A program made the position numbers and the translations under genes. A stretch of DNA of 64,000 nt from contig CAJTLN010000002.1 in assembly GCA_910577505.1 (NCBI GenBank), forward strand, positions 183,707 to 247,706, given 5' to 3'. Under the pieces are notes generated by a model that was given only the letters and a program-made list of their open reading frames with translations, was not told the origin of the DNA and did not search any database. Below are positions 47,520-56,545 of the stretch, one piece after another (within the stretch, counting starts at the first letter, position 1; every line of letters starts with the position of its first letter). This DNA is from an uncultured Bacilli bacterium. GTDB lineage: Bacteria > Bacillota_I > Bacilli_A > RF39 > UBA660.

Positions 47520-48338
47520 ATGAATGATAATATTATACCAAGTCTAAAATTGATTTATAAACCACTCATAATGTATTATGGTGAATGGGAATTAGCATTA
47601 GGATTAGATAAGATAAGTTTAGAAAAGAATGGTAAAAATTTATTTAACGAGTTTTTAGAGAGATATTATTATATGCCTTTAAAAGTTATAATAAAAGATG
47701 ACTCATTAATAAAAAGTTTTAAATTTTCAATATGTTCTAAATTAGGAGAAAGTGGTAGAACTCTATATTTTTCAAAAAGAGCTTTTTTACGTAATTTAAT
47801 ATCTAACGCAGATGAAATAGTTGATTCTAGCGGTGAAGATGTGTATAAAGACATTAAGAGAGCTATAAGAATTAGAAAAGATATTTATAGAGATGTTGAA
47901 AAGGCTGGGGAAGATTCTCCTTATTACGCGTCAGTAAAAGAAGAATATTCTGCTTCTGGATTATCTATTACTTTTGAGGAATTTGTTTTATTATGCAAGA
48001 AGAAATTTACTAGATTATTAACTGGATATAATGCTGTTTTAGATTTGTTTGATAAATCGATAAATGTTGATAAATTTATAAAATGTTTTGATTCTCACCA
48101 ACTATACTTATTTACGATGTATTCAATATTAAAAAATAGTAAAGAATATTATGAAAATAGTGGTAAATCAGATTATAATATGACTGCTTTGGATACGTAT
48201 CGTAATCTTGTAAATGAAATAAGAAAAGAAGATAGTTTTTATAATACACATATTTTGATAGAAGAAGATAGGGTATATACTATTGATGATTTATTTAAGG
48301 ATTATGATGAATTGTTAGATAAAATTAATGAAAAATAG
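47520..48338 (+). CDS. hypothetical protein (about 272 aa)
   Basis: Start set at the ATG 6 nt after the AGGTGGTT RBS. The annotated GTG at 47508 has no RBS. Confidence 0.45.
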   Translation: MNDNIIPSLKLIYKPLIMYYGEWELALGLDKISLEKNGKNLFNEFLERYYYMPLKVIIKDDSLIKSFKFSICSKLGESGRTLYFSKRAFLRNLISNADEIVDSSGEDVYKDIKRAIRIRKDIYRDVEKAGEDSPYYASVKEEYSASGLSITFEEFVLLCKKKFTRLLTGYNAVLDLFDKSINVDKFIKCFDSHQLYLFTMYSILKNSKEYYENSGKSDYNMTALDTYRNLVNEIRKEDSFYNTHILIEEDRVYTIDDLFKDYDELLDKINEK

Positions 48339-48390
48339 ATATTTATATCTATTTTTTTTCTTTTGTGATAAAATTTTAATATGAAGTAGA

Positions 48391-50163
48391 GTGATGATTA
48401 TGCGTGAACAAAAATATGCTAATGTTCTAGAAGAATATGAAGAAAAAATGGAAAAAGAAGAAAAACTTTCAATGACTAGAGAATTAAAGTATCGTGAGCT
48501 TCAAGAAGAAATAAAAAAAGAAGAGATAAAAGAGATAAAAAAAGAGAACAGCAGTAAAAAAATAAAAGAAAGTAAAAATGAAAATGTAGAATTAAATGAA
48601 GAAGTAAGTAATAAAAAGACTCTTAAAACAAAAAGTAATAGTGAAGATAATGGTACTAATAAAACACAAGAATTAAAAGAAATTTCAGAAAATGATGATG
48701 ATATTTATTTAACAACTTCTTTTAAGCCGCCTAAGTTATCTTTTAGATTAAAAAAAGGAGTAAAAAAAATATTATATTTTTTAATATTTTGTTCTTTTGT
48801 TTTAATGTTATTGTTCTTTGTTGGATTACCAGCTTATAGAAAATTTATGGATAGTAAACCGAAGATGATATTTAATGGGACTATAGATTTTGTTAGTAAT
48901 AAAATTGTTAATGTTGTAGAAAAAACTTATTCTAATAGTGGAGATTTATCAAGTGACATATTATTTAATTTTGATTCTAATATTACTAATCTTGATTCTA
49001 TAACTAATAATAAGTATGGTGTTGAATTTAATATAGATTCAACTGGTAAGAATCATCAGACAAGTATTTATACATTAGATAATGATCAAAAATACGGAAT
49101 TAATTATTTATATAATAATAACGTTAATTATATTAATTATTCTACGTCAGATAAGTATATGAAATTAAAAAATAGTAATGATGAATACTATGGATATTTA
49201 AATGAATATTTTGATTATTTAAGTAAAATAGGTAAAGATGATTTAGTTTATTTTATAGAGACAGAAGGGGAAATATTTAAAGATATTATAGAAAATAATT
49301 TAATAAAGACAGAGAAGGATGAACTTAATATTGGTGGTAAAACATTAAAAGTTACTAAAAATTCTTTCGAGTTAGATGAGAAAAATTATGAAAGATTATA
49401 TAAAAAGCGTAATGATTTTGTTTTAAGAGATAAAGTTTTATTAAAAGTTGAATCTGCTTTAGCACATATGAGTGTAGAAGATTATAGTAAACTTTTAAAA
49501 AAAGGACTTAGTAATTATAATAAGCTTAAAATAAATATTTATACGATAAATGGAACTAAAGTAGTAGGGTTTGATATAGAAAAAGATGGATTTACAAATA
49601 TTTATTATTATGCTTATGATGACAATTTTATGTTTCATATAAATTTAGCGAGTAAAATAGTTATTGGAAAAGATAGTAATAGTACACAAAAAGTAATTGA
49701 TTTAGTTGGTAAAAAAGAAAATAATGATACAAATGTTACTTTAAAATATAATACTAAAGATATTGCTAAATTAAAAATAGAAGAATTTAGTAATGAAAGA
49801 ATTTCTTTTGATTATGAAGCAGAAATAAAGAAAAATAAATATTTAGGCGATAGTGTATTTGCAATAAATAAAGATCAAAAAGAAGTTTATGTATCATTTA
49901 ATGTAAAAAGTGATGAGAAATTTATTAATTTAAATGTGAATTTTACAGAAAGTAATGCAGATAAAAAGTTTAATATTAATAGTATTAATATATTTAATTA
50001 TACAGATAAATTATATAATGATGAAAGAATAAAGTTTGTTGGGAATTTATCAAGCGAGGATTTAAAAGTGGGATTTAGTTACTGGGATAATTTATTATCT
50101 AATCCAAAATATTTGAAAAGTGAGTTTAAAAATATTGTGTTTGAAAAAATGACTCAAAATTAA
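48391..50163 (+). CDS. membrane-anchored protein with a K/E-rich N-terminal region (590 aa)
   Basis: Charged N-terminus, one TM (ILYFLIFCSFVLMLLFFVGL), then a large extracellular domain. Confidence 0.45.
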   Translation: MMIMREQKYANVLEEYEEKMEKEEKLSMTRELKYRELQEEIKKEEIKEIKKENSSKKIKESKNENVELNEEVSNKKTLKTKSNSEDNGTNKTQELKEISENDDDIYLTTSFKPPKLSFRLKKGVKKILYFLIFCSFVLMLLFFVGLPAYRKFMDSKPKMIFNGTIDFVSNKIVNVVEKTYSNSGDLSSDILFNFDSNITNLDSITNNKYGVEFNIDSTGKNHQTSIYTLDNDQKYGINYLYNNNVNYINYSTSDKYMKLKNSNDEYYGYLNEYFDYLSKIGKDDLVYFIETEGEIFKDIIENNLIKTEKDELNIGGKTLKVTKNSFELDEKNYERLYKKRNDFVLRDKVLLKVESALAHMSVEDYSKLLKKGLSNYNKLKINIYTINGTKVVGFDIEKDGFTNIYYYAYDDNFMFHINLASKIVIGKDSNSTQKVIDLVGKKENNDTNVTLKYNTKDIAKLKIEEFSNERISFDYEAEIKKNKYLGDSVFAINKDQKEVYVSFNVKSDEKFINLNVNFTESNADKKFNINSINIFNYTDKLYNDERIKFVGNLSSEDLKVGFSYWDNLLSNPKYLKSEFKNIVFEKMTQN

Positions 50164-50229
50164 TAATTTTCTTGAAAAAAGAAGGATATAGAGAATTTAT
50201 CTATAATAATATAAGTAGAGGGAGAATTT

Positions 50230-51135
50230 ATGGAAATAGTTTTAGAAGTTAAAAATCTTAATAAGTCTTTTGGGTCTAAGCGTATATTAAAAGATGTTTC
50301 TTTTAATATTAAGCAAGGCGAGATATTAGGATTTATTGGTCCAAATGGGGCTGGTAAAACAACAACAATAAAGTTGTTGTTAGGATTACAATCTATTGAT
50401 AGTGGCGAAGTTCGTATTAATGGATATGATGTAAAGAAAGAATTCTGTGAAGCAATAGGGAATGTTGGAGCTATAGTAGAAAGTCCAGATTTATATATGT
50501 ACTTAACAGGTAGAAAAAATTTGGAGTTAATAGCTAATATGTATAAGTTTGTAACTAAAGAAAGAATCGACGAGGTTATTAAAGTTGTAGGATTAGAAAA
50601 TAGAATTGATGATAAAGTTTCTAAATATAGTCTTGGAATGAGGCAAAGACTTGGAATTGCAGCAGCAATTATTCATAAGCCAAATGTATTAATTTTGGAT
50701 GAACCTACTAATGGTTTAGATCCTGAAGGAATTAAAGAGTTAAGAGACTTATTGAAAAGTTTGGCAAAAAAAGAGAAAATGGGAATCTTGATTTCTAGTC
50801 ATAACTTGGCGGAATTAGAAAGCTTTGTAAGTGATGTGTGCTTGATCCAAAATGGGAGTGTTATTTCAACTTCTTCAATTAAAGATTTGAAACATAGTGA
50901 AAAAGCTTTATATGTTTTCAAGTTAGATAAAACAGATAATTTAGAAACTGTTTTAAAGACTAAATTTGAAGTTGTTGATGAACAATACATAAAGATGAGT
51001 TTGGAAGAAAAGATGGTTCCAGAAGTTGTTGAAAAGTTAATAAAAAGTAAATATAAAATATATGAGGTTAGAGAAGAAGTTATATCGCTAGAAGAAGCTT
51101 TCTTGAAAAAGACAGGAGGTAATGTAATTGATTAG
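50230..51135 (+). CDS. ABC transporter ATP-binding protein (ABC-2/export type)
   Basis: Walker A GPNGAGKTTT. Signature LSGGM-like SKYSLGMRQRL. Walker B LILDEPTNGLD. Confidence 0.85.
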   Translation: MEIVLEVKNLNKSFGSKRILKDVSFNIKQGEILGFIGPNGAGKTTTIKLLLGLQSIDSGEVRINGYDVKKEFCEAIGNVGAIVESPDLYMYLTGRKNLELIANMYKFVTKERIDEVIKVVGLENRIDDKVSKYSLGMRQRLGIAAAIIHKPNVLILDEPTNGLDPEGIKELRDLLKSLAKKEKMGILISSHNLAELESFVSDVCLIQNGSVISTSSIKDLKHSEKALYVFKLDKTDNLETVLKTKFEVVDEQYIKMSLEEKMVPEVVEKLIKSKYKIYEVREEVISLEEAFLKKTGGNVID

Positions 51136-52555
51136 TCTAATAAAAAATGAACTTATAAAAATATTTCATAAAAAAGGACTTTATATATATGGAATTATTA
51201 TATTAGCAATATTTTCTTTGATGATTGTTTTTGATAAGTTTGTAAATATTAATGAAACTAGTTTAGATATGATTTATGAAACTAGAGAAAAGGGTTTAGA
51301 AAATTATGATTTGTCTAATAAAGATGAAGTTGAATGGTATGTTGATGAAAAGAATTTAATTGATACTTATAAGTTGAAAAAAGGTTATGACTCTAATTCT
51401 GCAGAATATTATTATATAGAAAATACTATATATGAAACAATTATGGCAATGAATAGAGCAAAGTACATAGAAAAAGATGAAGAACAATATGAAATGTATA
51501 AAACTCAATATGATGAACAGGTAAAAAGGTTGGATAATTTTGATTGGAAAGTAGATGTTTTAAAAGAAAAAGAAGCATATGAATTAGAAATTGAAGAGCT
51601 TAATAATTCTAATGATAATAGTGAAACAGTAAGCGTAAGAATAAAAGAACTTAATTTTAAACTAGATGGAATTGAATATCGTCTTAAAAATGATGTAGCT
51701 CCTTCATTTTCTAATGCTTCTATGTTGGTTGATAATTATGTAAGTAATGCTATACAATATGAATCTATTAATAAAGATGAATCAAAATTATTAAATAATG
51801 AAGAATTAATGCAAAAGAGAATGGTAGAAAGAGCATATAATATAACTAAATATAAGATAGATAACAATATTGTTCCTGATGATGATATGACGATGCAAGA
51901 AGATTTTTATTCGGAAATTGAATCTTCTACTATGTTTTATGTTATAGCTATGGTGATTATAGCGGGTGGAATATTTGCAGAGGAATTTAATAAAGGTACA
52001 ATAAAACAATTGCTTGTAAGACCTTTTACAAGAGCCCAAATATATGTTAGTAAAGTTATTGCAGTATTTGTTGCTTTATTTATTTCGATATTAGTATTTT
52101 GTGTACTTGTATTTATATATGACTTTATTCAATATGGAGATATTTCTTCGTTCTTAAACCCTATAATTGATTATAGTTTTAAAACAGGGGAAATTATAAA
52201 ATACAATACTTTTTCTTATGTTTGTTTAAGATTAATTGCGATTTTACCACAACTTATTATATTGACTTTGGTATGTATATTTACTGGTATTGTTTCAACT
52301 AGTACAGTTGGAGCTGTTATATCTGTTTTTGGATTGCAATTTGTAAATGGTCTAGTATCTTCATTTGTTTCTGAAAAAATTACTTCTTTTCTTCCTATGA
52401 ATTGCTGGGATTTTACTTCGTTTTTAACTTATGGAGTATCTAGTAATAAATATGGAACACTTGGATCATCATTATTTATCTGTGTTTTAACAATGATAGC
52501 ACTATATATTTTAGGACGTATGTTTTTTGGTAAAAAGGATATTAAGAATCAATAA
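51128..52555 (+). CDS. ABC-2 family transporter permease with a large extracytoplasmic loop (475 aa)
   Basis: Overlaps the ATPase stop. N-terminal TM, a long hydrophilic loop, and 5 C-terminal TM helices. Confidence 0.6.
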   Translation: MISLIKNELIKIFHKKGLYIYGIIILAIFSLMIVFDKFVNINETSLDMIYETREKGLENYDLSNKDEVEWYVDEKNLIDTYKLKKGYDSNSAEYYYIENTIYETIMAMNRAKYIEKDEEQYEMYKTQYDEQVKRLDNFDWKVDVLKEKEAYELEIEELNNSNDNSETVSVRIKELNFKLDGIEYRLKNDVAPSFSNASMLVDNYVSNAIQYESINKDESKLLNNEELMQKRMVERAYNITKYKIDNNIVPDDDMTMQEDFYSEIESSTMFYVIAMVIIAGGIFAEEFNKGTIKQLLVRPFTRAQIYVSKVIAVFVALFISILVFCVLVFIYDFIQYGDISSFLNPIIDYSFKTGEIIKYNTFSYVCLRLIAILPQLIILTLVCIFTGIVSTSTVGAVISVFGLQFVNGLVSSFVSEKITSFLPMNCWDFTSFLTYGVSSNKYGTLGSSLFICVLTMIALYILGRMFFGKKDIKNQ

Positions 52556-52623
52556 AAAGTGAAATATATTCACTTTTTTATTTTTGTTATGATATAATTA
52601 TTTAAGAATAGGTGGTTGTTATT

Positions 52624-53889
52624 GTGAGTAAGTTTTTTAATGTAGTATCAAATAAAAAAAATCAAAATAATAATGGTTATAACAATTATGATAATATGAA
52701 TTCATCTAATAATGGTAGAGTGCAAGGATATATAACGCCATCTAATTATAATAACCAACCAAATTATAATAATAATCAGTCAAGTTACAATAATCAACCA
52801 AATTATAATAATCAGAATCAAAATGCTGATACATTTGTATATGGTTCGTATAATGCTAGTAATCAAAATAATTTTAATAATCGTCAAAATGGTAATATTA
52901 ATAATATAAATGGTAATATGAATAATAATTATGTTGGACCTCAGAATTATAATAACGGTAATCTTCAACCTAATAGTGGACAAAGGATGATAAGTCCTTC
53001 GATAAATAAGAGTAACGAACAAAAAGTTATGAAGCCTTCTTTTGGCGTAGAAAATAAGAATAAAGTTGAAGAAATGGAAGTTTTAGATACATTAACAATT
53101 GAAGAAGAAAAGGAAAGTAAGAGTAGTCCATTAGATCCTTTAAATAATGCGAATAATCCTATTCCAGTAAATCCTGTTGCTGAACCAGAGGAAATTTTTG
53201 AGGAAGAAGAATTACCTAAAGATGTAAAAGCAAATATATTTTCTGTAATAGGAATGATGTTTGGAATGATTTTTACTCCTGGTACTACGATTGTTAGTAA
53301 TTCAAAAAAATATAGAAGTACTTTTAAGTCTTTTATGGTGACAGTTTGGATTACGGCTGTATCTTTAGTATTATGTATTGGAGTTAGGATACTAATTGGT
53401 TCTTTTACTAAATCATATAATGCTGTTACAGGAGCTTCACATGTATACTTTAATTTTGCAAATATATTTAGTCTAGATAATTATATTCAATATTTAATTA
53501 TAGCTTTTTTAATATCTTTTGTAGGGATTTTTGTTGTAGCTTTAACGTATTATGCTTCATCATTTTTAAATAGTAAGGGTGTACCACTTGGATCTTATTT
53601 AATGGTAAGTAATTTAGCAATGCTACCTCTTATCATAGGTGTTGTTGCTGTAGGTCCAGCAATAGGAATTATTTCAAGGTATCTATCTTTGTTAGCTGTA
53701 ATATTTTGTTTTTTATATACTTTAATAGCTTTTCTGATAGGAATAAACGAAATATTGAAGTTTAAAAATATAAATAGAAAGATTTTATACAATGTTTTAA
53801 ATTTATCTTGTATTATTTTAGTTGCAATTGTTATATATGTTTTATTGGTAAGAACTAATATATTAGTTGCTGTAGAATTAAATTTATAA
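52624..53889 (+). CDS. membrane protein with an N/Q-rich N-terminal low-complexity region and a polytopic C-terminal domain (about 421 aa)
   Basis: Start set at the GTG 6 nt after the AGGTGGTT RBS. N-rich N-terminus. 5 TM helices. Confidence 0.45.
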   Translation: MSKFFNVVSNKKNQNNNGYNNYDNMNSSNNGRVQGYITPSNYNNQPNYNNNQSSYNNQPNYNNQNQNADTFVYGSYNASNQNNFNNRQNGNINNINGNMNNNYVGPQNYNNGNLQPNSGQRMISPSINKSNEQKVMKPSFGVENKNKVEEMEVLDTLTIEEEKESKSSPLDPLNNANNPIPVNPVAEPEEIFEEEELPKDVKANIFSVIGMMFGMIFTPGTTIVSNSKKYRSTFKSFMVTVWITAVSLVLCIGVRILIGSFTKSYNAVTGASHVYFNFANIFSLDNYIQYLIIAFLISFVGIFVVALTYYASSFLNSKGVPLGSYLMVSNLAMLPLIIGVVAVGPAIGIISRYLSLLAVIFCFLYTLIAFLIGINEILKFKNINRKILYNVLNLSCIILVAIVIYVLLVRTNILVAVELNL

Positions 53890-53972
53890 AACTGATTTAT
53901 TAATCAGTTTTTAATTTTATCAAAATTTAGACAAAATAAAAAATCTCTTAATAAGAGATTTTATTATTAAAT

Positions 53973-54048
53973 TGGTGACCCGTACGGGATTTGAACCCAT
54001 GAATGTATGCGTGAAAGGCATATGTGTTAACCGCTTCACCAACGGGCC
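53973..54048 (-). tRNA. tRNA-Glu (UUC)
   Basis: 76-nt cloverleaf on the minus strand. Acceptor ggcccgt/acgggtc. Anticodon loop cuUUCac. T-loop GGTTCAAATCC. CCA encoded. Confidence 0.8.
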
Positions 54049-54058
54049 ATAAACTAAA

Positions 54059-54135
<77 letters not shown>

Positions 54136-54229
54136 ATTTGCTTTAAGCCTTTTTTATTTTAACTTACTTTTGTCATTTTTGCAAGCTTTTTTTAAAACTT
54201 TTTTAAGCTTTTTTCTTGCTGACTAGTTA

Positions 54230-54258
54230 AGTATACCAAGTGCAAATAAAAAAAGCAA
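54230..54258 (-). promoter_or_regulatory. sigma-A promoter on the minus strand (TTGCTT, 17 nt, TGgTATACT) for the tRNA-Ile/tRNA-Glu operon
   Basis: On the minus strand, the -10 lies at 54230-54235 and the -35 at 54253-54258. Confidence 0.5.
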
Positions 54259-54349
54259 CAAAAAATTAATAAAAAATTAAAAAAATATAAATTTATTATG
54301 TTTGTATGTATAAAATAATATGTTATACTCGAAATATGGGTGAATAATA

Positions 54350-54898
54350 ATGATTTTATTAGTTAATAAAAATAATATTTTTAATGAGGATATGTTAAAA
54401 GATTTTCAAATGATTGAATATGAAAATTATGATGGACAAACTAAGTATGTTGAGAGCGAAACATTTCGCCATTTTGAAATGTTAAGGGCACACTTGAGAG
54501 TTGATGGTATAGAAATCGATATTGATGGAGCTTATAGAAGTTTAGAGTCACAAGAAAATTTATTTTTAAAGTTTATGAACAAATATGGAATAGATTATGC
54601 TGAAGAAATTGTAGCTATGCCTGGTACCAGTGAACATCATACTGGTCAAGCGATTGATATAGTTATAAAAAAGAATAATAAATGGATTATAGAAAATGAT
54701 GATTTATTAAAAGAAGAAAAAATATTTGATAGAATACATAAATCATTAAAATACTTTGGCTTCGTTCTTCGTTATCCTAAAGGAAAAGAGAATATTACTG
54801 GTTATCCATATGAGCCATGGCATATTAGATATATAGGAGAAAAAGAAGCTATGGAAATTGGGGACTTAACTTTGGAAGAGTATCTTGGAAAAGAATAA
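54350..54898 (+). CDS. M15-family D-Ala-D-Ala carboxypeptidase (VanY/LdcB-like), no signal peptide
   Basis: Zn-binding SEHHTGQAIDI and EPWHIRY motifs. Confidence 0.7.
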   Translation: MILLVNKNNIFNEDMLKDFQMIEYENYDGQTKYVESETFRHFEMLRAHLRVDGIEIDIDGAYRSLESQENLFLKFMNKYGIDYAEEIVAMPGTSEHHTGQAIDIVIKKNNKWIIENDDLLKEEKIFDRIHKSLKYFGFVLRYPKGKENITGYPYEPWHIRYIGEKEAMEIGDLTLEEYLGKE

Positions 54899-54983
54899 AA
54901 ATACTTTTTAAGTATTCTTTTAGGCGGATGCAATTTTTAGAGTAATGATAAGTTCATAAACTATTTATGAAAGGAGAATAGTT

Positions 54984-55745
54984 ATGGCTTATCAAAGAGC
55001 TTATTTTCCCATGAAAGTAATAAATGTAAGTCAGGGATATGGAATTGCTTCTACTTCTCATAAATTGTCTTATGCTTTAGACTTATCTGGTAAAGACAGT
55101 GGAGCAGATGAAGTATATGCGCCATTTGATTGTAAAATAACTAAATTATATCAGCCGTCAGATACTAGAAAACATGCTAATACCGTATGGTTAACAAGTA
55201 CAGAAAAGGTTTTAAGTCCTAATGGATACTATGGTTATTTAACAATTAGCATAACTCATCCAGCAGAAATAACTAATATGAAATTAGGTAGAGTATATAA
55301 GCAGGGAGAATTTCTTTGTCATGAGGGAAAAACTGGAAATGCTTCTGGCAATCATATTCATTTAGAAGTCAGCAAAGGTACTTCAGCTGGTTGGTCTTTG
55401 AAAAAAAGTGGAATATACGAAGAATATGTAACATTTAATAAAGTAAAGCCAGAAGAATATTTATTTGCTAGAGATGATGCAATCATAAGAAATTCCATTT
55501 ATAAAGGATATAAATATAGATTTATTAAAGAAAAAGATATCACATATAAAGTAGAAGATGTTCCAAGTTTGCCATTAAATGTACATACTAGTGCAGATTA
55601 TAGAAGTGATACTATTATAAAAAATAAAGGATTAAAAAATGGGGATGAAGTAATTAGATTTTATATAAAAAATGGATTAGCTTATATTTATCATTATGAA
55701 ATTATGGGTTATATAGCTAATAAGTATTTAAAAAAAGTAAATTAA
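54984..55745 (+). CDS. M23-family (LytM-like) peptidoglycan endopeptidase with a C-terminal SH3-like region, no signal peptide
   Basis: HxH motif SGNHIHLEV and an upstream D-containing motif. GGAG RBS. Confidence 0.55.
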   Translation: MAYQRAYFPMKVINVSQGYGIASTSHKLSYALDLSGKDSGADEVYAPFDCKITKLYQPSDTRKHANTVWLTSTEKVLSPNGYYGYLTISITHPAEITNMKLGRVYKQGEFLCHEGKTGNASGNHIHLEVSKGTSAGWSLKKSGIYEEYVTFNKVKPEEYLFARDDAIIRNSIYKGYKYRFIKEKDITYKVEDVPSLPLNVHTSADYRSDTIIKNKGLKNGDEVIRFYIKNGLAYIYHYEIMGYIANKYLKKVN

Positions 55746-55788
55746 AATAAAAAAACTTGAAATATTATTTCAAGTTTTATTTATAAAA

Positions 55789-55864
55789 TGGTGTCCCCTT
55801 AGGGATTCGAACCCTAGACCCACTGATTAAGAGTCAGTTGCTCTACCAACTGAGCTAAGGAGAC
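55789..55864 (-). tRNA. tRNA-Lys (CUU)
   Basis: 76-nt cloverleaf on the minus strand. Acceptor gtctcct/aggggac. Anticodon loop cuCUUaa. T-loop GGTTCGAATCC. CCA encoded. Confidence 0.8.
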
Positions 55865-55974
55865 ATTTCCTCAGTACATGTTAAATTATACAACATTCTT
55901 TTTAGAAAATCTAGATATAAATTGTAATTTATATAAAAAAATAGAAGTAAATTAGAAATTGTGATAAAATACTT

Positions 55975-56307
55975 TTGGGAGTTGAAATTATGTATAAAGA
56001 TTTAACTAGCGAAGAAAAGAGAAAAATAAGAGAAGGTTATATTTCTACAAGAAAAGGAAAAGAATTAACTAATAATCTAAATAGATTATTAATAGAAGGA
56101 ATTATTTGTCTTGTTTCATGTGTTGTAATTGTTGTTTTGACGTTGATTTATGATTTAGCTTGGTGGTATTGGTTTTTTGCTGGATTAACTTTATTTTGTG
56201 GAATATTATTTTTACTAGGTCAATATTTTATAAGAATGAAAGAGTATAATAAGTTTTTAATACACGATAATAAAAAAAGAAAAAATAAGTTGACTAAAAG
56301 AAAATAA
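55975..56307 (+). CDS. small membrane protein (110 aa, 2 TM, K/R-rich tail)
   Basis: GGGAG RBS. Hydrophobic core. Confidence 0.4.
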   Translation: MGVEIMYKDLTSEEKRKIREGYISTRKGKELTNNLNRLLIEGIICLVSCVVIVVLTLIYDLAWWYWFFAGLTLFCGILFLLGQYFIRMKEYNKFLIHDNKKRKNKLTKRK

Positions 56308-56338
56308 TTAGGTATAATTTATTTGTTACCTTGGTTAT

Positions 56339-56429
56339 GGAGCAGTACTCAAGAGGCTGAAGAGGCGCCCCTGCTAAGGGTGTAGGTCGGGTAACTGGCG
56401 CGAGAGTTCAAATCTCTCCTGCTCCGCCA
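56339..56429 (+). tRNA. tRNA-Ser (GCU)
   Basis: 91-nt type II tRNA. Acceptor ggagcag/ctgctcc. Anticodon loop cuGCUaa. Long variable arm. T-loop AGTTCAAATCT. CCA encoded. Confidence 0.8.
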
Positions 56430-56545
56430 TTATATAATTAACTAGGTTCGTACCTAGTTTTTTTGTGGAATAGATTTTAAGAGATTTTTCTTTTAAAATA
56501 GTATTTTCTGTTTTATAATTTATTTATGATATAGGAGGATGGTAT

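Noticed and set aside
52780-53792. Minus-strand ORFs 52780-53022 and 53595-53792
   Set aside because: Antisense to the N/Q-rich membrane protein gene. The I-rich translation is typical of the AT-rich reverse frame.
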